Source: Candidatus Tayloriibacteriota bacterium (lineage in GTDB: Bacteria > Patescibacteriota > Minisyncoccia > Phycocordibacterales > SIBU01). From it: DNA of 56,046 nt. Position 1 is the stretch's first letter; each line of letters begins with the position of its first letter. The notes beneath the pieces are model-generated. The model was not told the origin of the DNA, ran no database searches, and saw only the letters and a list, made by a program, of their open reading frames with translations. Shown one piece after another: positions 29,598 to 39,834 of the stretch. The position numbers and the translations under genes were made by a program. The DNA lies in the NCBI GenBank assembly GCA_016188455.1, contig JACPHR010000007.1, positions 1 to 56,046 of the forward strand, written 5' to 3'.

Positions 29598-30278
29598 TTA
29601 CAACGAGTACCTCCCCTCCTTGTCATCCCTCGCAATCCTGCCTTTCTCCATGGTCACCACTCGCCGGCCCAGCGAGTCAATGACGCCTTTGTTGTGAGTG
29701 GTAAGAATGACCGTGGTGCCCAAATCGTTGATGCGCTTCAAAATCTGGACGACTTCGTGGGTATTGATGGGATCAAGATTGCCCGTCGGCTCGTCGGCGA
29801 TGATGATGTCCGGCTGATTGATGATGGCCCGGGCGATGGCCACCCGCTGTTTTTCGCCGGCGCTGAGCTCTCGCGGAAAACTCCAGATTTTTTTGCTCAG
29901 GCCGACAAGCTCAAGGACATGCGGCACGTCCGATTCTATTTCTTCATCGGTGCGCCCCGACGCTTCCATGGCGAAGGCGATATTTTCGTAAGAAGTTTTG
30001 TTGGGCAACAGCCGGAAATCCTGGAAAACGGTGCCGATGCGCCGGCGCAAATGGTTCATCTCCTGCTTTTTGAGCGAATGAATGTCCGCCGACTCAAAAA
30101 AAACCTGGCCGGAGGTCGGCCGCTCTTCGGCCAAAATCATCTTGAGCAAGGTCGTCTTGCCCGCGCCGGAATGGCCGACGATTGAAACAAATTCCTTGGG
30201 CGAGACCCGAAGCGTCACCTCGGAAAGGGCGGCGCAGTCGTCTGGATAGATTTTTGAAACTTTATCAAAATAGAGCAT
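29598..30278 (-). CDS. ftsE: Cell division ATP-binding protein FtsE
   Basis: GHSGAGKTT, VFQDFRLL and ADEPTGNLD; adjacent to ftsX. Confidence 0.93.
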   Translation of the reverse strand: MLYFDKVSKIYPDDCAALSEVTLRVSPKEFVSIVGHSGAGKTTLLKMILAEERPTSGQVFFESADIHSLKKQEMNHLRRRIGTVFQDFRLLPNKTSYENIAFAMEASGRTDEEIESDVPHVLELVGLSKKIWSFPRELSAGEKQRVAIARAIINQPDIIIADEPTGNLDPINTHEVVQILKRINDLGTTVILTTHNKGVIDSLGRRVVTMEKGRIARDDKEGRYSL

Positions 30279-30317
30279 GGGGGCATTTACTTCCTTCGTG
30301 AATCTGAAAAAAGTTTG

Positions 30318-30740
30318 TTAATTTTTATTCAAGTAATCATCAACCTGAATTATGTATGTCTTAAAATCAGAGAAGTTACGCTTTAGATTATTCAAAAAGA
30401 TGTTCGTATCTAATTTTTCGTACCGGTGAACAAGCATATTTCTTACACCCACAATAGGAGCAATCTTGGTCGCAAATTCTTTTTCAAGGACGTCAAAATC
30501 ACCGAGCATTTTAAAGGTGCTTTGCAAATCATCAATAGTGCCGAAATTGCCCTCTTTGATGAGGTGAATGTTTATATCAACCATGACATCAACTGCTTGC
30601 TGAAAATAGCGCTCTGTCGCAGGGAGAGTCAACTCATCTTTTTTTATGGAAGAAACGTCAGTTTTGATTAGCCGCTCCAATTTTCCGATATAACCGGACA
30701 GCATATCCATTTTCTTTTTTATAAAGGCTTTATCCGGCAT
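30318..30740 (-). CDS. HEPN (DUF86) ribonuclease toxin
   Basis: GVRNMLVHRY; likely start MPDKAF at 30740. Confidence 0.88.
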   Translation of the reverse strand: MPDKAFIKKKMDMLSGYIGKLERLIKTDVSSIKKDELTLPATERYFQQAVDVMVDINIHLIKEGNFGTIDDLQSTFKMLGDFDVLEKEFATKIAPIVGVRNMLVHRYEKLDTNIFLNNLKRNFSDFKTYIIQVDDYLNKN

Positions 30741-31212
30741 TTTTGTATTCGCCCATTCTTCGTTTGAGATAGTGTTCTCGCAGCTCAAAAAGGGGCTTCG
30801 CTTCTTCGTACGTCCGCAAGGCGTACAAAAATATCTCTGTGAAAAGATGGGGATTTTTCTCATAGAGCACAATAGCGTTTGTTGCAATTTGCTTCAGCAA
30901 AAGCGGGGGAGCTTTCTTAATGTTCACCAAGGATATTTTATCGTTCTTAAAAACAGGAATCAAATCGGAATTGAGAGTTGTTTCCTCTTCAAACGACAAT
31001 TTCCTGTCCGAAAAATACGCGATATCCACATCGCTTTCCGTATGCGTAAAACCGTTCGCCTGCGAACCAAAAAGTACCACGAGCGCCAGGCCGTGTTTTT
31101 GGGCGATTTCCGCTATCCCGCCTGCCAACGCCTGAAACTCTCGGCTATGGCGGGCAGGTCTTTTTTTATCCGCTTCGGTCATGCGGATACTATACCACGG
31201 AAAGTGTTTCAA
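30730..31212 (-). CDS. MNT antitoxin
   Basis: VLFGSQANG...SDVDIA; N-terminal in-frame REP-like insertion. Confidence 0.88.
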   Translation of the reverse strand: MKHFPWYSIRMTEADKKRPARHSREFQALAGGIAEIAQKHGLALVVLFGSQANGFTHTESDVDIAYFSDRKLSFEEETTLNSDLIPVFKNDKISLVNIKKAPPLLLKQIATNAIVLYEKNPHLFTEIFLYALRTYEEAKPLFELREHYLKRRMGEYKNAG

Positions 31213-31229
31213 TGCATTGAGTTTATTCG

Positions 31230-32114
31230 CTACAAATTCTTTTCCGCCGCAATGAATTCATCCAGTTCACCCGAGAGCACCTTGTCCACTTGGGCGGTTT
31301 CCACGCCGGTGCGGTGGTCCTTGACCATTTTGTAGGGGTGCAAAACATAGGAGCGGATTTGATTGCCCCATTCTATGGAGGTGGTTTTTGAGATGTACAT
31401 GCCCTTTTCTTTGGCAATACGCTCGGCTTCTTGCAGCTTCCAAAGCTTGCCGCGCAGGATTTCAATGGCTTTTTCTTTGTTCTGGGCCTGACTTCTCTCC
31501 GAGGTAACATGGACCGAAAGTTTCGTGGGAATATGAACAATGCGCACGGCGGTCTCGCGCTTGTTGACATTTTGTCCCCCCGGGCCGCCTGATTTGGCGA
31601 TGGCAACTTCAAGGTCTTTGTCGGCAATGACAATGTCGCTTTGATGAGTTTTTGCGAACTTCGGTATCACCTCCACCATGGAAAACGAGGTGTGCCGTTT
31701 CTTCTGGGCGTTAAAGGGCGAGCTGCGCACCAGGCGGTGCACCCCGCTCTCGTTCTTGAGCGTCCCGTACGCGAGCGCTCCCATAATCTCCATCGTCACA
31801 TTGCGAAATCCGCCGTGGTCATTCTTGTTTTCGTGGACGATAGAAACATTCCATCCTTTCCGCGCGAAAAACTTCCGGTACATTTCAAGAAGCATCGCAG
31901 AAAAATCCTCGGCGTCGTCTCCGCCCGCGCCGGAAAAAATGGTCATGACCGCGTCTCCCCCGTCGTACGAGCTTCCGCCTAGGGCCTCGGCTTTAAGCGT
32001 CTGGAGTTTTTTGATGAGGACTTGCGCCCGAGCCTTGTCCGACCAAAAATCGGGCGCGTTCATCGCCTCTTCAATTCCTTTTATCCGCGCTTCTTTTTTT
32101 TGTTTTTCTTCCAT
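31230..32114 (-). CDS. prfB: Peptide chain release factor 2 (short N-terminus)
   Basis: FWSD, GVHRLVRSSPF (SPF), GPGGQNVN and WGNQIRSYV. Confidence 0.93.
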   Translation of the reverse strand: MEEKQKKEARIKGIEEAMNAPDFWSDKARAQVLIKKLQTLKAEALGGSSYDGGDAVMTIFSGAGGDDAEDFSAMLLEMYRKFFARKGWNVSIVHENKNDHGGFRNVTMEIMGALAYGTLKNESGVHRLVRSSPFNAQKKRHTSFSMVEVIPKFAKTHQSDIVIADKDLEVAIAKSGGPGGQNVNKRETAVRIVHIPTKLSVHVTSERSQAQNKEKAIEILRGKLWKLQEAERIAKEKGMYISKTTSIEWGNQIRSYVLHPYKMVKDHRTGVETAQVDKVLSGELDEFIAAEKNL

Positions 32115-32167
32115 TCGGGTCTGTCTTAATATTTTACAACTTGAAACTTTATAACTTGAAACTACCC

Positions 32168-32455
32168 TGGAGCCACCCCCGAGGAGCGAACTCGGGACCC
32201 CCGCTTTATCCGCCCGAAACGACTGTTTCAGTCGGGCGGGCGAAAGCGGTGCCCCGCCTGCCCTCGCCTGAGCCCACGGTCAGAATTGAACTGACAACCT
32301 ACGGTTTACGATACCGTTGCTCTACCAATTGAGCTACGTGGGCTTGGGCGATGGCGGGCAGGTCTACCAACTGAGCTACTCCGGCTCTAACGGGACCAAC
32401 TACCTGCCCCGTTGGCAAACATTCTGATGTTTTGCTTCGGGGGAGCTAGGGTGGC
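32168..32455 (-). pseudogene. tRNA-Thr(CGT) interrupted by three insertions
   Basis: Removing 32373-32442, 32253-32362 and 32209-32240 yields a 76-nt cloverleaf GCCACCC TA GCTC AGTTGGTA GAGC A CCGCT TTCGTAA AGCGG GGGTC CCGAG TTCGCTC CTCGG GGGTGGC T CCA. Confidence 0.8.
32271..32343 (-). tRNA. tRNA-Thr(CGT), intact, nested
   Basis: GCCCACG/CGTGGGC acceptor stem; ACGGT-ATCGTAA-ACCGT anticodon arm. Confidence 0.9.
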
Positions 32456-32502
32456 GTTTTAACTTTACAAACTTTCAACTTTATAACTTGAAACTGTCTC
32501 GG

Positions 32503-32575
32503 AGCCGTTGTCCGGGATTGAACCGGAGACCTCCGTCTTACCAAGACGACGCTCTACCAACTGAGCTACAACGGC
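32503..32575 (-). tRNA. tRNA-Thr(GGT)
   Basis: GCCGTTG/CAACGGC acceptor stem; TCGTC-TTGGTAA-GACGG anticodon arm. Confidence 0.93.
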
Positions 32576-32665
32576 GTATAAATATAACAAATAACTAATA
32601 ACCGATAACTTATAACGGAAAGAGAGACAACAATATCCTATTTTATTTCCAGCCTTTTTGCAAAG

Positions 32666-33712
32666 CTAGGGATGAAAGAAGAATGCGGCGGCGATAATGA
32701 CGTAAGCAAACACCAGCTGAACCCCCTCGAGCCAGTTGCTCTCGCCGTCTTGTACTATTGTATTAACCACCAAAACCGACATGATAACGGCTACCAATTC
32801 CAAGGTATTGAACACCAGGCTCATCTGGTCCTTGAAAAACAAACTGGCTAGCACCAGAGCGGGGGCGACGAACATGGCAATTTGACTGGCCGAACCGATG
32901 GCAATCTGGAGCGCTAAGTCCATCCGGTTTTTAAGAGCGACAGTGATAGCTGACATGTGTTCGGCGATATTGCCGATAATGGCCACAAACACCACACCGA
33001 CGAAAAGCTCCGTCCAACCAAAACGCGCGACCACGGGCTCAATAGTAGACACTAGCACGTTGCTTGCCCACGAAACGGCCAAAGTTGCCGCCACTAAAAT
33101 GACGACGCTTCTTCTCATGCTCCAATAAGATTCGTAGGTGCCCACTTCCTCGGTATAGAGATGCTTGTGAGTGAATAGTGAAAACCATAAATTGGCAAAA
33201 TAAATGATAATCATGCACACGGCGACAAAGATACTGAGTTTTTCAACGGTTGCCGCGCCGGCTGTAGGAGCAGTTTGCAGAAAAATCGCCGGCATGACTA
33301 AGGCGGTTACCGCCAAGAGCAAGGTGGAAGCACTGGCCAAAGCCGCGGTTTTGTTGAATTGCTGCTTCTTCCGTTTTCGGCCGCCGAAAAACATGGCCAT
33401 GCCCAAAACCAAAAGCAAATTGCCGATGATAGAACCGGTGATGGAAGCCTTGACCACTTCAATCAGCCCGGCCTTGATGGCCAGGACGCCGATAATCAGT
33501 TCCGTGGCGTTACCGAAGGTGGCGTTGAGAAAGCCGCCCAAAGCCGGACCGGTACGGGTGGCGATTTCTTCAGTAGCCTCGCCAATGTACTTTGCCAAAG
33601 GAATAATGGCTAGAGCGGACAGGAAAAAAAGCCAGACCGGCGAAACACCAAGGAGAGTGGCCACAAAGGTAGCCGGGATAAACACGAGGAGCGCGAGAAA
33701 AAATCTATCCAT
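32666..33712 (-). CDS. cax: Calcium/proton exchanger (CAX/ChaA family)
   Basis: NATFGNATE and IIGNIAEH alpha-repeats, SNWLEG; likely start MDRFF. Confidence 0.92.
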   Translation of the reverse strand: MDRFFLALLVFIPATFVATLLGVSPVWLFFLSALAIIPLAKYIGEATEEIATRTGPALGGFLNATFGNATELIIGVLAIKAGLIEVVKASITGSIIGNLLLVLGMAMFFGGRKRKKQQFNKTAALASASTLLLAVTALVMPAIFLQTAPTAGAATVEKLSIFVAVCMIIIYFANLWFSLFTHKHLYTEEVGTYESYWSMRRSVVILVAATLAVSWASNVLVSTIEPVVARFGWTELFVGVVFVAIIGNIAEHMSAITVALKNRMDLALQIAIGSASQIAMFVAPALVLASLFFKDQMSLVFNTLELVAVIMSVLVVNTIVQDGESNWLEGVQLVFAYVIIAAAFFFHP

Positions 33713-34212
33713 GGTAACCACAGAAGTATTGTAATATTTTTTAAAATTGAAGGCAAAGGGCAAGCCCGCTCCGATGGCCATCGGCTCGGAGGTTGCCAGA
33801 AATTCTCAACTTTCAAAACCTGTGGCGTATTTGCATTTTGTGTGCCTCCATTGTCCGTTGAAGAAGCGGCTGGCGCTTTTAATGAGTCGCTTGCCTGTTT
33901 GAAGGTCTCATTGGCGGCTTTGACCGCCGCATTGGTAAGCATGGCGCGCCGTCTGGGCCGCGGCTTTGTAGCCGTCTCTTGCCGCCTGAACCGCTTTTCT
34001 ATAGGTTTCTCGAGCTGTCTTTGCCTAGTCCGTTGAACTAACGGTTTTTGCCACTTCTGTTGACAAGTATCAATACCAATGCTAGGTTGAAAATGGAGGC
34101 GCCTCTAAAACTCAATGATTGGATGTCAAATCTGGCCGGTCTTGAAACCGGCATAGTGGGGACTTGAATCCCTTTTGTCATTGTGGAAAGTGGCCAAACA
34201 AAAAGACAGAAA

Positions 34213-34768
34213 AATGAATAATAAACAAGTGTTGTTCCTGCTCAGGAACGGCCTGATCAACCCGCTCCTCGTTAAAAAGTGGGAAGAGAATAATAAACCA
34301 TGGAAAGCCGAAGAAAACGTCCGTGGGGGAATTGTTCTCAATTGGATAGCCTCGATTTTTTGCTGCTTCGTGGCCATAATGCTCGTACGATTAGCCCCAA
34401 TAATAGTAAGCGCAGAAATTGGGCCAATGTTAGGGTGGCGGTCTCTATGCCTTATGTCATCGGTTCTGCTCTGCTCAGTTATTGGTATTGGCTGGTTGCG
34501 CTTCTTTAGACAAAGCCCGTTTACCCAAGACCTAAGCGAACTTCATCACACCGCCCACCATGATATCTATTGCCTCAACAGAGAGGCAAACTGGCTACTG
34601 GAAGCGGCAGAAGCAGAACTCAAAAGCCAGCAGCTTACTCTGAAACATTTAGAGGACCTACATGGTATTGACAATCTACATACCAAAGCCATCCTTACAA
34701 AATTAAAGAGAACACATGCTACGCTGCTAAATTTTGGGCTCTGCGACGCCAATCAAAGGAGTCCTTAA
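34213..34768 (+). CDS. Hypothetical two-TM protein
   Basis: ORF with two hydrophobic helices, followed by a terminator-like hairpin. Confidence 0.55.
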
Positions 34769-34894
34769 GTGCAATTTTTCTCTTTCCCTCCCGCGTGGCG
34801 CGCCACGCGGGATTTTTTAATAATATATAAACACAGTCGCGGTTTACATATTATTTTCTAATATGTCGGCGTGAGGTATACTGTGCGCAATAAA

Positions 34895-35587
34895 ATGTTT
34901 CGCGCCTTTCTTCAAAAATTGCCGAAAAATGTGGCCGGCGTTTATCTGAGACATAATTGGCTATGGCATCTGGTTGCCATAATACTCACCTATGTTCTGG
35001 TGATTAGCGGCTTTGATTGGTGGTATTTTGAATCCACCCGAGGCGGCCTGTGGCTATCGCTCACCTTGCCCGCGGCCATCATCGGATTTTTTGTGCCGAT
35101 TATCGTGCCGGTCAGTCTGTACCTCTGGGGCGAAGCGCGGAAAGATTCTAAAATCAGAAACGTCGCCGCGGCCGCGGCGCAGGCGGGCATCATCGCCCTG
35201 ATTATTTCTTCAGTCTATAAAGCTTTTACCGGCAGGATACAGCCGGAATTTTTCACCCACCTTTCTACTCTTGATATCAGCCGAGAGTTTCAGTTCGGCT
35301 TCCTGCGGCACGGCGTGTTTTGGGGTTGGCCGTCATCGCACGCGGCGGTGGCTTTCGCGGGGGCAGTAACGTTAGCGCTTCTATATCCGAAAAATAAAAT
35401 TCTGCGCGGCACGTCAATCCTTTACGCCTCATACATCGGCTTCGCCGTATCCATCAGCATCCATTGGTTCTCGGATTTTCTGGCGGGCGCCATCATAGGA
35501 ACGCTCATCGGTTTAGTGGTCGCCAAAAGTTTCCAATCCCAAAACAGGCCCCGCCCCGACGTACGTCGGGGCGGGGCTGGGGTTTAA
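34895..35587 (+). CDS. PAP2 family phosphatase
   Basis: KAFTGRIQP, WPSSHA and IHWFSD. Confidence 0.85.
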   Translation: MFRAFLQKLPKNVAGVYLRHNWLWHLVAIILTYVLVISGFDWWYFESTRGGLWLSLTLPAAIIGFFVPIIVPVSLYLWGEARKDSKIRNVAAAAAQAGIIALIISSVYKAFTGRIQPEFFTHLSTLDISREFQFGFLRHGVFWGWPSSHAAVAFAGAVTLALLYPKNKILRGTSILYASYIGFAVSISIHWFSDFLAGAIIGTLIGLVVAKSFQSQNRPRPDVRRGGAGV

Positions 35588-36012
35588 TGTTTAATGGAAA
35601 ACTGGCGGCTATTTCTACTTCGGTAGAAATAATACAGCGCCAGCGGCGCCGCCCAGTTGGCGGAACGTTCAATAAAATCCAACCAGCCAACGCCAACCAA
35701 AGGCCTGACGAGCGCCGTCCAAAAACCCCAGAATCCCATCCACAACAATAACGGGCGAATCGGCCTGACAAGAATGACAAGAGCCATAATGACATCCGCC
35801 ACGCCTATGATAAGCAATAGGTTAGCGGCCATAGAGGCATCCGCGCCGGTCATTTGACTTATCCATTTTATCCAATCGGCCTTGCCTCCTACTGCCAGCA
35901 GTCCGTGGCCCGTAAATTCACCGGCCACCCCCACGCGCAAAAGCCATTCAATCTTTTTCTCGTTTGTCACGTTATTTTTTTGCAATCTGCTGCCAAAGCC
36001 AGACGCCGACAA
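35584..36012 (-). CDS. Small multi-TM membrane protein (DoxX-like); start uncertain
   Basis: LLRVGVAGEFTGHG...DFIERSANW. Confidence 0.6.
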   Translation of the reverse strand: MSASGFGSRLQKNNVTNEKKIEWLLRVGVAGEFTGHGLLAVGGKADWIKWISQMTGADASMAANLLLIIGVADVIMALVILVRPIRPLLLWMGFWGFWTALVRPLVGVGWLDFIERSANWAAPLALYYFYRSRNSRQFSIKH

Positions 36013-36203
36013 GAATCAAATCAATAAAAATGACAAGCCAAGTGAGAAGGCCGAGCGTGCCGGCGCTTCCCATCATTTCTCCATAGCCATACATCATAGT
36101 AATTTTGTTAACTAATAATAAGTAATATTATATCACGAGTGCAATCAACATATCCGTCTAAATCTCGCCGGCGCAAAACCGCCCAAAGGGGTGTAAAAAG
36201 TTT

Positions 36204-36671
36204 TTATTCGTAACTCAGTTCTATCTTGTCCCCATCTCTCATGACATAGTTTTCGTACTCGGTATTTTCTTTGCCGTTCAGCGTCATGCGCATGTTCTGA
36301 CCGAAAGAGCGCATGTCTTCGCCCCAAATTTTGAAAAATTGTCCAAGAGTCAGGTCTTCTTTTCGCACGGGCCCGTTGGTGAACTCAAAGTGGATGACCC
36401 CAGTCGCGTCGTGCGTATGCACTGCCGCCATCCGCATCTGCGGGTCATAACCGCTAGTACCCGCGTGCTGAGAACCGATGCCGATGTTCGCCGGAATTTC
36501 TTGCTTTACGCCCTTCACGTAAATTGCGAGAGTCGGATGCCAGTGAATGCCGACTTGAGAAACAACATCAGGGTCGTTTGCTTGCAGATTCTGTGACCAC
36601 CAGAGACCGACGATGAAAGTTATTAGAGCGATTCCCCCAATAAGAATTATTTTCATGATTTTAGTTTTCAT
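36204..36671 (-). CDS. Exported putative metal-binding protein
   Basis: N-terminal TM, HWH and HTHD motifs; downstream of the Cu-ATPase. Confidence 0.65.
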   Translation of the reverse strand: MKTKIMKIILIGGIALITFIVGLWWSQNLQANDPDVVSQVGIHWHPTLAIYVKGVKQEIPANIGIGSQHAGTSGYDPQMRMAAVHTHDATGVIHFEFTNGPVRKEDLTLGQFFKIWGEDMRSFGQNMRMTLNGKENTEYENYVMRDGDKIELSYE

Positions 36672-36772
36672 AGATTAATAAACTCCTGCTCGTCCTTATC
36701 CCCGCAGCAAGCTGCCGGGGAATTCTGCGGATAGATTAATGATTCAGCGGCGCTGAACCGAAGCTGCGAAAA

Positions 36773-37171
36773 CTAAAAAATTTTTGGATGCATTAATCCG
36801 CGAGCCATAAAGAGCCGTAAACTGTCATACATGACGATTGCCGGATCGTAAAAAATACGGACGGCCTGAGGGGGTGGGTAGAGAAACCGTAAGTATTGAT
36901 TGAAACGAAGGAAGAAAAACAGCGCCAGCAACAGCATGAATAACATCATCGCGTTCTGGGCGGGAACGGCAGCGAACAGGTTTTGCCACCCACTGAGGTG
37001 TTTCAGCGGATTCATGCCGCACACGGCCTCATTGTGTCCCATGAGAGCACAGCCAACCATATCACCCATATTGCCTTGACCCGCCATCATGCCGGCATGC
37101 GCCGCGCCCGCGGCGCCCGCAAGCAAGAGAACGATAATGAATAGGCCGGCGGATAATTTCGCGAAACGCAT
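36773..37171 (-). CDS. Met/His/Cys-rich membrane protein in the copper cluster
   Basis: MMAGQGNMGDMVGCALMGHNEAVCGMNPLKH. Confidence 0.6.
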   Translation of the reverse strand: MRFAKLSAGLFIIVLLLAGAAGAAHAGMMAGQGNMGDMVGCALMGHNEAVCGMNPLKHLSGWQNLFAAVPAQNAMMLFMLLLALFFFLRFNQYLRFLYPPPQAVRIFYDPAIVMYDSLRLFMARGLMHPKIF

Positions 37172-37179
37172 GATAGTGA

Positions 37180-39258
37180 TTATAACATTTGGCGGCGGAG
37201 CAACAACGCGTTGATTGCCACAATGACTGTGCTCAGGGACATAAATACGGCCGCGAGCCAGGGTTGAAGGATGATGCCCTTCGGCGCCAAAACCCCGGCC
37301 GCCAGCGGAATGGCAACGACGTTATAACCGGTGGCCCAGAAAAGATTCTGCATCATCTTGTTGTAGGTAAGCCTGGAGAGATTAAAGATTTTCGGAATAT
37401 CCCTCGGGTCGTTTTTTACCAAGATAATGCCGGCGGATTCAATCGCCACATTGGTGCCGGCGCCGATGGCAATACCGAGGTCGGCTTGCGCCAGAGCGGG
37501 AGCGTCATTGACGCCATCGCCGACCATGGCCACTTTTTTGCCTTTGCCTTGGAGCAGTTTCACTTTATCCGCTTTCTCACTTGGCATGACTTTGGCGAAA
37601 TACTCGTCCAGGCCAAGCTCTTTTGAGACCCACGCGGCCACATCTTCGGAATCGCCCGTTATCATGGCGGTTTTCAAACCGGCCTGTTTCAAACTCCGCA
37701 CGGCCTCGCGCGATTCCTCGCGGATAATATCGGCCAGCGCAATACTGCCGAGAAGCTTGCCGTCAGCAATCGCGTGAATGACGGTTTTGCCTTGTTTTGA
37801 AAGAGCGTTTATTTTATTTTGGTGCTCATCTGAAAAAGAAATATGGTTTTCTTTAAGAATATTTTCGTTGCCGACAGACACTTCGCTATTCTCAATCCTG
37901 GCCTTCGCGCCTTTGCCGGGAAGACTCCTGAAATTTTTGATGACCGCCAGTTTGATCCGCCGGTTTTCAGCTTCCTTGACCATGGCCCGGGCAAGCGGGT
38001 GTTCGGAATGACTGTTAACCGAGGCGGCGGTTTTTAGCGCCTGGTTTTCAGTCACTCCGCTCGTTGCGACAATCGCGCTGACGCCGAATTCCCCTTTGGT
38101 GAGCGTGCCTGTTTTGTCGAAGAGCACCGTATCAACCTTACGGGCTCCTTCAAGCGCGACCCGTTGTCTGATTAAAAGACCGTGCCGAGCGGCCATGGTC
38201 GTGGAAATGGCGGCTACAAGCGGCACGGCCAGACCAAGAGCGTGGGGGCAGGTAATGACAAGCACGCTCACCAACCGCTCCGTGGCCACCGCGATGCCGG
38301 AGCGCGCCAAAAGCCAGACGATGAATGTCATACCGCCGGCGAAGATGGCGATGACGGTAAGATAAAAAGCCGCCCTGTCGGAAAGCACTTGAAGCCTGGA
38401 TTTAGAGGCTTGAGCGTCCGCCACCAAGCGCCTGACGCCTGAGAGAAATGTTTTTTCTCCGATGGAGTCAACCTCTACCTTGAGACTGCCTTCCCCGTTG
38501 ATTGAACCGGCAATGACGCCGTCCCCGGCCCGTTTCGCCGCAGGTTTAGACTCCCCGGTAAGAATTGACTCATTGACATCGGAGCGGCCCTCGGTGACTT
38601 TGCCGTCAGCCGGCACTTTTGAACCCGGCTTGACCAAAACAACGTCGCCGACTTTAAGGTCGGCAAGCGGCACAAGTTTTGTTTTATCGCCTCGTATGAT
38701 TTCGGCGGTATCCGGCAGCAATTTTGAAAGCTCCTTGAGAGCGCCTTGCGCGCCTTGAACTGACTTCATCTCGACCCAGTGACCGAGGAGCATGATGGTA
38801 ATAAGCGACGACAGCTCAAACAAAAGGTCGTGTTTTGCTCCAGACAGAATCGAAAACACGCTATAGAGATAGGCGGCGATGACGGCGATGGAAATAAGCG
38901 TCATCATTCCGGGGAGCCGGGCTTTGAGCTCACGATAGGCGCTGGTAAGGAAAATCAAGCCGCAGTAGAAAAAGACGATGCTTCCCAAGGCAAGCAGAAC
39001 ATATTCCGACCCGACAAACTTGGGAGCTTGAATTTTAAAAACCGTCATGGCTATTTCCGAATAGAAAAAGATCGGAATGGTCAACGCGAGGGCAATCCAA
39101 AACTTCATCAAAAATGAAGAAGTCTTGTGACCGACATGCTTGTCATGCTCTATGCGGTCAACTTTCTTTTTAGCAGTCGGCACCAGATTCATGCCGCACT
39201 CGGGACAGAGTCCCGGCTTCTCACTTTGGACTTCAGGGTGCATGGGGCAAGTGTACAC
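37180..39258 (-). CDS. copB: Copper-translocating P1B-type ATPase (CopB-like)
   Basis: YTCPMHP, TGES, CPH, DKTGT, GDGVND, YN and MSLST. Confidence 0.9.
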   Translation of the reverse strand: MYTCPMHPEVQSEKPGLCPECGMNLVPTAKKKVDRIEHDKHVGHKTSSFLMKFWIALALTIPIFFYSEIAMTVFKIQAPKFVGSEYVLLALGSIVFFYCGLIFLTSAYRELKARLPGMMTLISIAVIAAYLYSVFSILSGAKHDLLFELSSLITIMLLGHWVEMKSVQGAQGALKELSKLLPDTAEIIRGDKTKLVPLADLKVGDVVLVKPGSKVPADGKVTEGRSDVNESILTGESKPAAKRAGDGVIAGSINGEGSLKVEVDSIGEKTFLSGVRRLVADAQASKSRLQVLSDRAAFYLTVIAIFAGGMTFIVWLLARSGIAVATERLVSVLVITCPHALGLAVPLVAAISTTMAARHGLLIRQRVALEGARKVDTVLFDKTGTLTKGEFGVSAIVATSGVTENQALKTAASVNSHSEHPLARAMVKEAENRRIKLAVIKNFRSLPGKGAKARIENSEVSVGNENILKENHISFSDEHQNKINALSKQGKTVIHAIADGKLLGSIALADIIREESREAVRSLKQAGLKTAMITGDSEDVAAWVSKELGLDEYFAKVMPSEKADKVKLLQGKGKKVAMVGDGVNDAPALAQADLGIAIGAGTNVAIESAGIILVKNDPRDIPKIFNLSRLTYNKMMQNLFWATGYNVVAIPLAAGVLAPKGIILQPWLAAVFMSLSTVIVAINALLLRRQML

Positions 39259-39389
39259 GCCTTACATGTTAGCACACCTTCTTCCCTATCACTATTTTGC
39301 GGTTCTGAAACGTCGCCGGCGGCGACTCAACACAAAATTTTCAAGAGTTTTTCCGCCGGGGCTTTAAGGGATTCCAGAGCGTATAAAAC

Positions 39390-39409
39390 TGCGCGGCTGA
39401 CCGGATTTG
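39390..39409 (-). repeat. Direct repeat of the tRNA-Asp 3' end (att-like)
   Basis: tgcgcggctgaccggatttg is identical to 39572-39591. Confidence 0.8.
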
Positions 39410-39573
39410 CCCGCGACTCAAAGCTCGCCGTCGCTCGCTTTGGTCTGGGCACCGGCTCGCTTGTTTTTTCTGCTGAAAAAACATAGTTCCGCCGTTCAAA
39501 TCCGGACGGAAGTGAAGCGGTTCACTTCCTCCAGCGGCGCAAAATGAAAACGCCCTCTCGGGCGGTCATTTTG

Positions 39574-39648
39574 CGCGGCTGACCGGATTTGAACCGGCGA
39601 CCTCTCCCGTGACAGGGGAGCGCTCTAAACCAGCTGAGCTACAGCCGC
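39574..39648 (-). tRNA. tRNA-Asp(GTC)
   Basis: GCGGCTG/CAGCCGC acceptor stem; CTCCC-CTGTCAC-GGGAG anticodon arm. Confidence 0.93.
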
Positions 39649-39834
39649 ATTGCTATTAACACAAGTCAAATGTAACAGATTTTTCGGGGGTGGGCAATCT
39701 AACAAATTGACCCCAGCACCAGAGGGCAATCGGGCTCGCGCTTCGCGCGACAAGGGATGTGGCTATTCGACACGCTCCTCGCTCGTTGAAATAAAAAGCG
39801 GCCCAAGAGCATGGGGCCGCGACCGACACGAACA

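Noticed and set aside
32114-32170. Programmed +1 frameshift in prfB
   Set aside because: No CTTTGA slippery site or upstream short ORF; the gene appears to start directly at 32114.
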